From the NCBI GenBank assembly GCA_017654855.1, contig CM030333.1:3844001-3908000 (forward strand): a stretch of 64,000 nucleotides of DNA, in the 5' to 3' direction. The DNA is from Podospora anserina. Taxonomy: Eukaryota. This document shows positions 1-11,082 of this stretch, one piece after another (position 1 is the stretch's first letter; every line of letters starts with the position of its first letter). A program made the position numbers and the translations under genes. A model generated the notes under the pieces. It had not been told where the DNA came from. It was given only the letters and a program-made list of their open reading frames with translations, and made no database searches.

Positions 1-8
1 ACCCGTCA

Positions 9-2386
9 TCAGATGGTCTGTTCTTCAACACAGAAGGGAGGCGAGAAGAAACAGGGGTGGAACGTACCAAACCAAACCTCAGAAGGAGCTTCGTCAGCAT
101 CATGATGTGGGAGTGTCAGTTGGAAATCGTCCGAAAAGACCAGGAATGAACTCGGGGACGAAGCGTTTCGTACGATGAGAAAGTACGAGTCTGGTCCTGG
201 CTGTAAACCAAAAATAGTTGAATCTTGATCCGGCAGCCTTTGTGACATGCACCACCTCCCACAGTTCTGGAGTCGTCTCACGTCTCTAGAGACTAGGGCA
301 GTTTGCTTGAGATTCGCGCAGGTGGCTGTATCGTGCAGTTGGGCTTCCACATACGCGCTCTCTGGCAACCATGTTGATACGCCCCCTTTTCCAAACCCAC
401 CTTGCAGATCGGCACACCTCTCTTGAGCAGAGACACTTTGGGAATACGTGACAGGCATCACACGTGGCCACGTAGTCAGCCGCTGCTCTGTAAGACGCAG
501 CTCCTTCTTCCTGTGCCAAGATGGATGGCAGTGGGGTCTCGGTTACATCCCCAGAACTTTTTGCGAACATACCTTCGTCCAGCTGCCCAAATACATCCAT
601 GAATAGTGCCTTAACCGTATGGAAGAGTAGGTCTTCGAAGTTCAGTTCAACCTCTTCTAGGCCAAGCTCTGCCGCAGCAAACTCTGACCTCAACCACTCG
701 TCTTGAGCCTTGATAGTCCCAGACTCCTTCAGGTATAGAATATTCAACTGCAGTCGTCGTCTTACCCCGACAATTTGGACCTCAAGTCCAGCCATCTGGG
801 GACAAGCATGGACGCATACCCTGAGTTGTCGGTTGACCAGAACTGCGAACCTCTCTGTAGATACCTGTTCGAGGATTGATGCACGTTGAAACCGTTGAAT
901 CTCTTCTTCCGCGGCAGTGTGAAGCGGTTTATACTTGCACAAAATGTCACAGTATTCGCGAGAATTCTCTAAGGGTCCATAGCTCAATCCTTTAACGGCC
1001 CTGTAGAAGCAGGGGTTCTGTGAATCATGCCACAAATAATTCGCATTATAGGCCCTGATGTACTTTATCCTGATCAGCTTTGTTACCTCGTCTCGTTCCT
1101 CCGCGATATGATGCCATTTTCGTGAAAAGATCCATTTCATTAGGTACTTCTTGAGTTTCTCAATCGTCTCTCTGCTGATATGTCTTGAGGCACTGCCCAT
1201 TTCGGCAGACCGGGATGTAAACATGGTACTCAATTGCTGGACCACAGAACGCTCCGAACGAAAATTCGTGCCCGCAGAAGGCTTGGAATGAGCAGCATCA
1301 TTTAGAACATCCCACATGGCCTTAGCTTCCTCCTCCACGCTAGTCAAAGCTTTCTGAGGAAGGCTGTACCCAAACATGGGTTTTCCTTCAAAACCAGTGC
1401 CGCAACCAGAGGAAAGGCCCACGGGTGTATCCTGGTGAAGAAGACCGTATAGGTAGATCAAACCCCTGTGTTCAATGTCTGCAAACAGATCTCCACGTCT
1501 TACTCCGCGACCGGTACTGAAGCCTCTAGAGCGTTCCCCACCACGAGTCTGACATCTTGTTCGCAGTTTATCGGAAAAGGCGTCAAGGACTTTTCGACGT
1601 CACGCCGACTCCTTGTCTCAACTCTCCTAACACTTCCAGGCTACATGCGACGGAGACGGACCAGTGGGTCTTCTATCTGGCCTTCAAAGTGCCCCTTGAA
1701 AGCCAAGTCAAAGGCCCTGAAATGCAGCGGATGTTGAAGGAGGGAGAGCCGCAACTCCCGAAGATGGCGGCTGCAGAGTGCACACTGCTTTCAAGACTGA
1801 CGATCATAAACTTCTCGCTACCGCTTCTGCCTTCCTGAATCAAATTCTGCGGTTGAAGTGTGGCACCACGAATGACGAGTTCGACGAGACCGTAGGAATC
1901 GCTGTCTATCACCTCGGTGGTGCGAAAACGTATGTAGCCCAGATTCGCTTTCAACTCTTTCTGCGAAGATGTGCCCTCGGCAAGGTATAGTGCATCAGTG
2001 CCGTCCGCCTTATGCTCTACGCTGATTGCCACCTTGAAGCTGCTCGGAGATATTTCAGACAACTGTATTATGGCATCGCACCTAAAAAGCAACGGTGTTA
2101 GCGTCGCACACCGAAAACATCAATCCAGTCGATCCAAAAGACTCACCAGCTCCGAACTAACTCGGGGAAAGCAAACACGTTTATCATATCCGTAGTTTTT
2201 GGTATCAGTTGACAGGTTGATGGTCCTGGCTCGTGTGATGGATTCGAGGCTGCAAAGAGTACCGATGATGCCGGTGTTGCCCGGTGGTCGAGACATCCTG
2301 GTCCTGTTGTTGCAGCTTATGCTGGTAGCCGAGGAGGATCGAGAGACGACAGTTCGATAATGCAAGTGCGAGGAATAAAATAACAA
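9..2386 (-). pseudogene. Disrupted large fungal hypothetical gene, possibly of a GHKL/HSP90-like ATPase-domain family; may extend past the left edge
   Basis: Collinear minus-strand protein-like ORF pieces (2120-2386, 1673-2092, 286-1461, 9-461). An in-frame TGA at 2120-2122 (LDRLD*CFRC) joins the first two; further stops and frameshifts lie around 1460-1780. Family assignment is weak recall (GDLFADIEHRGLIYLYGLL, FGYS). Confidence 0.5.
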
Positions 2387-2965
2387 ACGGGTGCTCAGGT
2401 GATTTGAATAGAAATCAAGAAAGCCGTTGTAAATCGAAGAGAACGAGTTACGAAAAGAGACTCGTGTTTTCTAGAATGAAGGGAGGTCGAAGGAATAAGA
2501 GGAAGCAGAGTTGTATTCCTCCACGGGTGTAAGAAATGGAAGGAATTCACAAAAGAGGAGTGAAACGCAGCAAGTCGCAGGCGAGAACAAAATTTGATCA
2601 GTTTTCTGAGAAGGCAGAGCAAACGGATCGATCGTACCTTCCTCAACAACCGCACCTTCCCAACAGCGCGTCTGCAAACACATTGTGGACCCAAAAAGAG
2701 ACACTGCAGCTCTGTATTGACGTAATTCACCCAAATAACACTTGAGAGACACTTGAAACGAAAGGCGGCTAAGAGACCTTAGAAGATCTACTGACGATCC
2801 TTGAATTCAATCAAAGATGGCAAACCTCCAAACATATCAAATTTCATGGTCCAAGTACATAGCATCGCGCTTTGTACTTTCTGTACAAACAAATCACGGC
2901 CCCAAAAAGGCATCAACCCCCAGGTATCAAGAAATCATAGAAGAGGCCCATCCAGCCAAAAAGAT

Positions 2966-3070
2966 CGACCATGCTGGGATTCGAACCCAGAACCTTTACC
3001 AGCTGGAGATTTAACTTGTACACACATGTTGAAACCGGAAAGTAACGCGCTACCATTGCGCTACACGGCC
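2966..3070 (-). tRNA. tRNA-Arg(CCG), intron-containing
   Basis: Reverse complement GGCCGTGTAGCGCAATGGTAGCGCGTTACTTTCCGG..intron..GGTAAAGGTTCTGGGTTCGAATCCCAGCATGGTCG. Acceptor stem, D arm, TTACT/GGTAA anticodon stem and TTCGAA T loop are present, followed by a T tract. Confidence 0.88.
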
Positions 3071-3240
3071 TATCAGTACCACCATGGTAAGATCTTCAGT
3101 TCAAGACCATATCTCTTACAGACATATTGCAGCGCGAAATCTTTCTTCCTCTTCACTTCTGTAACAAACACAAAACATACCTGGAAAAGACAACTGCAGA
3201 AGCGATCAGAAAAGTCACAATCAATAAAAAGATATTGGGA

Positions 3241-3350
3241 CTCGGATACCGGGAGTCGAACCCGGGGCTGTTGAGAGATTTCAAGACTGAATCTAAACAG
3301 ACACTTCTGAGAAGTGAGAGTCAACTATGTTACCGCTACACCATACCCGA
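3241..3350 (-). tRNA. tRNA-Glu(CTC), intron-containing
   Basis: Reverse complement TCGGGTATGGTGTAGCGGTAACATAGTTGACTCTCA..intron..TCAACAGCCCCGGGTTCGACTCCCGGTATCCGAG. GTTGA/TCAAC stem with CTC anticodon. Confidence 0.9.
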
Positions 3351-3744
3351 TTTTGGAGAGTGTGGTTTCCGATTTGGATGCGAGTTGTGGAGGGAAACGG
3401 GGTATATCAGGTAATGGGAACTGGGTTGTGTGGATATCATGACTCAAATCAAAGTTCTCTATCACTGGCAAGGCAGGCTCCCCCTGCCAACACCATGTTC
3501 TTTGATTCTGTCCAGGGATGCCCAACTCCAAGAAGTCCAATTCTTGTTTCATCAAAGACCAAAAGAACATTGCCAGCACCAGTGCATATGTTATTGTTGC
3601 GTGCATATGTATGAACGTGTGATTGTCACCCCCAAAAGCTTGCTCAAGATCTCAACAGTCATGCCTACCTAAGATAGTTTGAGGACTCATCATCGCCAAC
3701 TTCATCCTCTCCCAGATTCCCACAAATCTCCTCAATAGCTTTTA

Positions 3745-4738
3745 TCAAATCCACCGTTCCATCCTTGGGTAATCCCCCTCCCTCCTAGGCCTCCGATCCA
3801 TATGCCTCATATGCTCTTCCGACGGCGGCAACCGTTCCCAAACATCCTTATACACCCCCCTCGGCACAACCGCAAACCTTTCGTCAATCCTAACCTTGTT
3901 CTCCTCCGTACACATCAGCGGAAGCGGACCCTCCCCAGCATCATCCTCCTTCAAGAAAAAATCAACCAACCCTTCCTGTTGACTATCCAACAGCTGCCAG
4001 TACCTAGGCGTAGTCCCCGCCCGGCTAGGAACAATGTAGACGTTCGGCGGCTGAGCAAGATTCTGTTCTTCAGCCTTCCTATCAAAAGTCACCACACCTC
4101 CTAAAATCCTGTCCTCAGCCCAGTAACCAACCAGGTTTGACACCCCCAAGGGGTAAATATCACCATGTAAATAGTAAGGGTGGTGAAACATAGTAGGAAG
4201 CGTCTCATCATCCGGGTCTTGCTTCCAGTGGGTAATCGCCTCGATGGAACGATCTCCCGTTCCCTGGTGGACTTCGATACCAACATCGAACAGAAGAACC
4301 CCTATTTCATTCAAAGCCATAGCAACGAGCTCAATGAGGCGAGTGTTGAAAACCTTGCTACCAGGCGTGGATTGGACGTACTTGGTTGTCAACTCACGGG
4401 GAAAAGACAGGAGCTCAAAGTCAAGCTTGTCCTTATACTCAAGGGCAAAACTCTAGAGCGCCGGGGCAGAGTTCAGGGTGGTGCTCAATGGGGTGGTTGC
4501 CATAGACGGCGGGGATGCGCTGGTCCCAGGCTACGTCTTCAATGGGAAGACCGTCGATGATTTGAGCGTAGGTGAACTGAGCTAGCTTAGTAGAAAGGAC
4601 GTTTCTCATGGCGCGGATGAACAGAGTGTAGTGGGCTGTGGTTTTCTGTCTCGCAGAGAAGCCAAGACGGGAGTTGTGGTCAAGGTGTGCGCGCCGCTTC
4701 ATCCTTGCTGAGAGTGACTTCAACGTAGCCTCGTCCAT
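3745..4738 (-). CDS. Fungal hypothetical protein with one apparent frameshift (T4 run at 4447-4450)
   Basis: ORF MDEATLKS...LCPGALEF joins ORF 3745-4392 (ALEYKDKLDFELLSFPRELTTKYVQSTPGSKVFNTRLIELVA...GYWAEDRILGGVVTFDR) if one T is removed from the homopolymer. Either a pseudogene or a sequencing error. Confidence 0.65.
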
Positions 4739-5556
4739 TTTTTTCGTTGTTGACGCGTGCAGGCCTATCTGTGTGTGCTTCTGTTGTTGTGTAATGGTAG
4801 GAAATGAGGACGGAACGAACACTGCAAGGTTGACTTGAGCAGGAGATGAAGTTGGAGAAAGCAGGCACCCTACATTGGGCCTGCGCCACATGTAAATAGA
4901 GGTTGGCTCCCCTTAAATAACCCGCGCCGTTACCCAAGCACCCGTTGGTTATAAGCACCGCCAGCATAACTGCGCTATTATACATTCGTGCATATTCTTA
5001 TAACTGATTCCAGCTTCAGGCTGCAGGGCTGTGGGGCCCTAGATCAACCTCGTGATGGTGGTCGTTAGGGCGAGTTGGGCCGATGTCACACCATCGCCGC
5101 TAGTTTACCCCTGCCGGAGTATGTGGACCATGCTATTTTGGATAGATTTTAGACCAGAAAGGGCTCAGCTTCGTCGAAAGGTACCGGCGATATCAGACGC
5201 CTTTGGTTGAACTGAAACCATCAGTTGGGACTCAGTAGAGCAGACAACTGGTGGTCGTTGGGACCTCTCTGTTATGATGAGTTGAGGACCCGGTCTGGCT
5301 TCGAGATTGTTAGCCACGATGAGCTTCAGAAGTCAACAACGTAAATTAATGTAACCGCAACTCCGTCCGCGGAGCCTTTGACAGGTAGAGTTGCTTTTGA
5401 GATTGAATGCATGGCGTTAATGGGACATGGGAGTATCAGATAAAGGTTGCTCGGGACGTGACAGCGAATATACCTTGCTTCGTTTTTAAAGTGATTTTGG
5501 AAAACTGTGTCGCGTGGTATGTGCTGTAGGAAATCGACCAAATCCCCCCCTACCCA

Positions 5557-7637
5557 TCAGACAAGCACAATGTTGCCCATCCCACTTGCCTCCTCTCCCC
5601 TCATAACCCCCTCTACAAAAGCTTCCCCCACAACCTCCCACCTATTCTCTTCTCCATCACCCCTCAAAACATACGGGGTCCAACACCCCTTCACAACACC
5701 AATTTTATCCCCTACTCGGGCATACCGCGGGAACAAGCCCCAAATACCCCCTCTCAGTTTTCACCAACCTCCTCCCTCTCAACGGCTTCCTCATCGCCAC
5801 TCTAAATCTCTTCAAACGTCTTTTTCGATTCCCTCGACTCCAAGGAAGCCATAGTCAACCTTCCCTTTCCTAGTGGCCGCATTTGCCTCGGTGAGTATGT
5901 CTGCCCTGGTAGAGAAGGCGACCTCCCAGTCGTCTCGTCGAGCAACAACGAAAATATCTCTGCAAAGGCGTCCGAATAGGGGTGCATGCCGCTCGAATCC
6001 TTCCCAGCAACCATTGTGTGCCAAAAGGCCGTAAAGACAGAGCCATGAGCAGGCGGGTACATCGTGTGAAAGTTCCTGGAAACGAATTTGATGCATCTGA
6101 TCCAATCTTTGTTGGCCGACAGAGGCTGTACGATATCCGGATCTGAGAAAACCGTGCTCATCACAGCAATGGTATCAAACACCCTGCCTTCAGTGTGTAG
6201 TTCGCTGTTGTTGGACCCAATGATTTGGTAACCAGCCGAATGTTTGGGGAATTTATACGCCTTTTCCGACCCAGAGGTGTTGTACACGTTTGCGGTCGAA
6301 CTCTCATATCCCAGCGCAGTTGTCTCTCGAGGCTTGCTCCAATCAGGAACCCACGAGGGACATCCCTCAAGAGGCTCATGGTCGATCGAGTGGAGCATGG
6401 ACTTGAGCGGGGCCGTGTTCCGCTTAAGCAAACCGACCACCACATCGTGATACAGATTTGAATACTTGTAACTGTCGTGGTAGCTAATCTTGATCCAGCT
6501 GTTCTTGATCTCAACCATTCCCAGCAAGCCATAGATTTTGTCTCGGGCGTCGTAACAAAGAGATTGCCGAGCGCTCCTTAGAGCTGGACTGATTAGCCAC
6601 TCCTCTGGCCATGGTTCTTTGCTCGCTGGATATCCTTCGCGATTCGAAAAGAGTCTCAAGATCTGGGTGAAAGGATCAGGGCCCGGAAACTTGAGATAAG
6701 CCATTGAGTAACGCCACTCTCTTGAAGAGTGAGGCAGGCGCTGGTGAAGACGTCCCAGCTCATCATTGTCCTAGCTTTGTGCTCTCCGCCACAGGCTAGA
6801 GTGATATCCTGAGACAAGATCACCTCCTGGGAAATCCATAACCTCTGGAACCATGGTCGTGTCACCAGATCCCACACACCAACCCAGGTTGCCGAATCTG
6901 CGGTTGGCAGGCAGAGTCTTTCAAAGTCCTCTGGACATCGAATCGCCGATGCATGCTGTATCAAATCGGGAGCATCGCGTAGAAAGTCGAATGCAGCTGC
7001 CGCCTGCGCCTTTTCGTCGTTGTTGCTCTGATCGATGCAGATCTGATCTATTCACAGCACCACCGAGTGTCCAGATGGTCTCAAGTGCTGAAGAACACCG
7101 TACAGTGACTTGGTAATAAGCTTCTCATGTCCATCGACGTTGATGGGCATATCAAAGGCACCTGGTCCCCATGTGTAGCTGAGCGCGGTGTACCAGATCG
7201 GTTTAACCAGGTCATCCATCGACAGGCCAAACTTGTTTTGAGGCACGGTAACATGTGCCGACTTCATAAGCTCCGACTTCCGTGTGACTTTCCGGTGACT
7301 TTCTCTGCATTCCAGGGAACAGTGATGGAGGGTGTAGCATATCGAGTCGTCGTTGCTGCCTGGTTTGATTTCCAGAACCCGAATTTCATACGGGTCAAAT
7401 ATAGGTCGATAAAGTGTTCCGGGTGAGTCGTTCCTGGGAGATATCTTCTTCTTTGATGCCCATTGCTGTAACCGCGGCTTCCGGGTACCTATCGGCCTCT
7501 GATTCTATGCCAGGCTGTTGCCCGAATCTCGCAGGCTCAAGCATGGGATTGTCCCGCCATTCCGAGTAGCAACCGAGTCTTAACTCGGAAAGATCATGCA
7601 AATGTTGGTACAAGCGGTCGCCTGTGAGTTCTGGCAT
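5557..7637 (-). pseudogene. HET-domain (heterokaryon incompatibility, HET-6-like) pseudogene
   Basis: HET motifs LYRP..EIRVLEIKPG, YTALSYTWG, L*IDQICIDQ (conserved Trp replaced by TGA at 7052-7054), RPWFQRLWISQEVILS, DARDKIYGLLG, PSWVPDWS and C-terminal GYLGL..VGEAFVEGVMRGE. Several frameshifts, plus an apparent deletion after EKAQ. Confidence 0.88.
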
Positions 7638-7895
7638 GTCCAAGTGTTTCTGAACTAAAAGGCCACTGGTGAAGGTTGTTTGAGGATTTTCAACACAGCC
7701 AGGCAGGAGGCAGGCAACCAAGCTCTGGCCAGGCAGTTGGGTCGCACCTACCCAACATACAAAATAACTGCTGCACTCACCCCATTACATTTGCACAACC
7801 AACCACCACCTTCTAGAATTAAGACCACATAGAAAAAGGAACACGAATCAAGGTTAGCAAAAAGAAGTAGAGACTGAGAAAAATGCAAAAGATGA

Positions 7896-7984
7896 TGCGG
7901 TTTATGTGGATCGAACACATGACCTTCAGATTAAGGATTGAAGTGGACTTCAGTCTGACGCTCTCCCAACTGAGCTAAACCCGC
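7896..7984 (-). tRNA. tRNA-Phe(GAA), intron-containing
   Basis: Reverse complement GCGGGTTTAGCTCAGTTGGGAGAGCGTCAGACTGAAG..intron..ATCTGAAGGTCATGTGTTCGATCCACATAAACCGCA. Confidence 0.93.
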
Positions 7985-9042
7985 TTTTCATATCATTGGG
8001 CGTCGGATATTACAACCATGGTATTGCAAGCAGCTTGCTGCTGAACCTGGTTCAGTCCAATTATGCACTGACTTTTGGCCCCAAGGACCAGAAGCAAGCC
8101 TCGGAATAGCGCCATCCCCTTGTTGACATCCAGTCCCTTCAGCCGCTAGAAACACCAGTGAAAAGGGGGGTAAAGAGGGGCAACTCGTTATTGTACAGAA
8201 GCTCATTATCAGAGAAACTAATACAGACACTGGCCACCGCATTGTCACAAACCCGTATCGTTCTGTTTCATTACCCATACAGCTGCAGGGTCCAAAGCCC
8301 AAGCCCACAAGTCGGCAGACAAAGAAATTCCTCCCCATCAACTACCGTCAGCACGCTTGGGAATAGCGTCATAGACACGGTCACCAAGACCATTCCCCCA
8401 ACTCCCGTTCCCCCCCTTCCCCCATCTCCCAACCCCAATACCTCGGAGAAAAGGACCCAAACAGATCTCCCAAATCACGATCCCCAAAAGCATGACATCA
8501 GCCACTCCCCTCTAAACCAAGTGGAAGCCACACAAGTGGAGGCAAGTACCTCGCACAGTGTGCGCCCCAAAACCACACCATTCGACCAGAACGTTCACGA
8601 TGTCCCCTTTCCCCTCAAAAGAGCCTCTATCATCGTCATCAATCATGACCAAGTTTGGCAAGTCCTCTATTGATGATGTCAGCAAAGAAGTACATACACA
8701 TGCGGAAAGTTGCGTTGAGTTGTGGAGAGCCACACAAGCTTACGTACAAAGTAAACACTTGATTTGCCGGGCATTACTTTGTGCCTTGGCGTATTCGCCC
8801 CCTCCCCTTTTCCATCCTTCTCAGCCACTGGTGACTGGGCTGTACCTGGGCTAAACTTCCAGAAAAAGATCCAAGTCACCCAAGACAAAAATTTGAGATG
8901 AAGGCTCACAGAAAGACAACCAAGGAAAAAAGAGTGGGAGTTTTGACCCAAAGTCAAATTAATGCTTGTTGTTGATGTTGTCAACCTGGGTATCAGGGAA
9001 CAGAAAGAGAGAAGCCTCGGAATAATCTATGTAACATGTGTA

Positions 9043-9062
9043 GTGTGTGTGTGTGTGTGTGT
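9043..9062. repeat. (GT)n microsatellite downstream of the glutamine synthetase stop codon
   Basis: About 10 GT units, read directly. Confidence 0.8.
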
Positions 9063-9222
9063 CGTTCCCATTCCCTTCCCAAAAAAAAACGATAACGAGC
9101 GCTCAACCTCGCCATAAACCAACCCTTCCTTTATCCCAAATGCCTAAACCAAAAACGCGCGCAAAATGCCCATAAAACCACTTATTAGTCTATCATAAAC
9201 GCAGCCATCATCATCCTCAATC

Positions 9223-11082
9223 CTACTCAGAGACAGCACCGAAGCAGGTCTCCATGATAATACCGGTGATTTGATATGGGTCGGCGTTGGAAGCGGGACG
9301 GCGATCCTCAAAGTAGCCATAACCCTTGGCCGCGCATTCCCTTGGGATACGGATAGAGGCGCCGCGGTTAGCGACGCCGTAGGAGAAGGTGTCGATAGAG
9401 CCAGTCTCGTGACGGCCGGTAAGGCGCTTCTCGTTACCCTCGCCGTACACGGCAATATGCTCGGCGTGGCGGCTCTCGAGCTTCTTGATGGCGGCCTCGA
9501 TGTGCTTCATGCCGCCCTCCTCACGCATCTCCTTGGTGGAGAAGTTGCTGTGAAGACCGGCACCGTTCCAGTCGCCGGGAATGGGCTTGGGGTCGAAAGA
9601 GACCTTGGCACCGAACTCCTCGGCCACACGGTGGAGGAGGAAGCGAGAGAGCCAGAGGTGGTCACCCATCTCGATACCCTCGCAAGGGCCGACCTGGTAC
9701 TCCCACTGAGCGGGCATCACCTCGGCGTTGGTGCCAGAGATCTTGACGCCGGCATACAAGCAGCACTTGTAGTGAGCCTCGACGATGTCACGCATGACAA
9801 CCTTGCCAGCACCGACACCGCAGTAGTAGGGGCCCTGAGGAGCAGGGTAACCGTTCTTGGGCCAGCCATAGGGACGATCGTTGAGGTCGAGCAGAGTGTA
9901 CTCCTGCTCAAGACCGAACCACGGCTTGTGCTCAGCGTGAGCCTCCATCAACTTGGCGCACTCGTGGCGGTGGTTGTACTTGTTGGGGGTGCCATCGTTG
10001 TTCAAGCACTCGGCAAGAACACTGTTTACTGGAGTTAGTTATGGTTACAACCTCTCGAGTTCAGGACTTCACATACAGAATGTTGGGGGTACCCCTGAAC
10101 GGGTCGGGGAAGACAGCAACGGGCTGGAGATAGATATCTGAGTTCTCGCCGGGAGCCTGGCCAGTGGAGGAACCGTCAAAGTTCCACATGGGAAGCTCAG
10201 CGGGAGTATAATCGGTGTCCTTGGCATCAAGGGTCTAATAGGAGCGCCATGTCAGTGTCTGGTGTTCCATCAAGATCTAGCTTCATTGTCCCAAAGATGT
10301 GGCATGCACAGCCCGGCAACGGCGCTGAATTTGGCTTTGCGGTGTGTCGACAATTCGTGATCCGGGATCCTCGTGTTCATGCGATATGCGGTGCGGCGAT
10401 GTCCGTCGGCTGGCGGTGCAAGTCTGGCCGGAGCAAGCCAGGGACCGTCGGTGTAGCGGCGAGGAGTTTGTCGAGTCACAAGCGGTGTCGTTGCTGGGAT
10501 TGTCCATGGCGGGGTTTGCCAGCGAGCATGCAGAGTGGGGTGAAATCGTGATTTTAGCGGGGTGTGATTCCGCTCGCATCAGCAACGCAGAAGGCGAAAT
10601 CGGAGTCGCGCCGAGGTTTCCCATAAAATTCGAGTGGAATGTGGTGAGCCGCCCGGTAGCAGTTGACTGGATGCGGACCCAGATCCGGAGGTGACACCAG
10701 ATCACAGGCTAATCCGCAGGTGGTGTGGGTGGTTTCGTCGTTTTGGGTTCGTCGTTGGTTGACCCGCCGAGCCGCAGCATGCCCAAAAACCATTGTTTGC
10801 CGGTTGTGCCGTCATACGAATGACGACGGACAAGAAGAAACATAGGAAAAGTTCGGGACAAGAACATCAAAAGAATATTGACATACCCTTGATTTTGAGC
10901 GGACACCGCCCTCACTGTCGACCCAGATGTACTCGGCAATGATCTTGCCGCCCTGAGGCAGACGGAGGAACTTTTGCAAGTTCTCCGTGTAGGTGATATG
11001 TGATGGGTCGGCCTGAGGAAGCATGTTAGCCTTCCCGTTCATAGACAGAGTCGAATACCATAACGACGAGATAACTCACCAT
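9223..11082 (-). CDS. gln1: Glutamine synthetase (GS type II); exons 11082-11080, 11012-10887, 10234-10077, 10021-9223
   Basis: Motifs [84 protein letters not shown] introns with branch sites keep the frame. Confidence 0.97.

Noticed and set aside
9-2386. Possible Spok meiotic-driver homologue
   Set aside because: No Spok-like nuclease, Cys-cluster or kinase motifs recognised.
7052-7054. Attributing the Trp-to-TGA stops (2120, 7052, 30312, 54673) to RIP
   Set aside because: Canonical RIP (CpA to TpA) converts TGG to TAG, not TGA.
8158-8854. Overlapping plus-strand ORFs between tRNA-Phe and gln1
   Set aside because: Low complexity, no recognisable domain or consistent exon structure.
9271-10038. 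255-aa plus-strand ORF, and similar antisense ORFs over spe3, the xylanase and the TPR array
   Set aside because: Antisense shadows of codon-biased or repetitive real genes.
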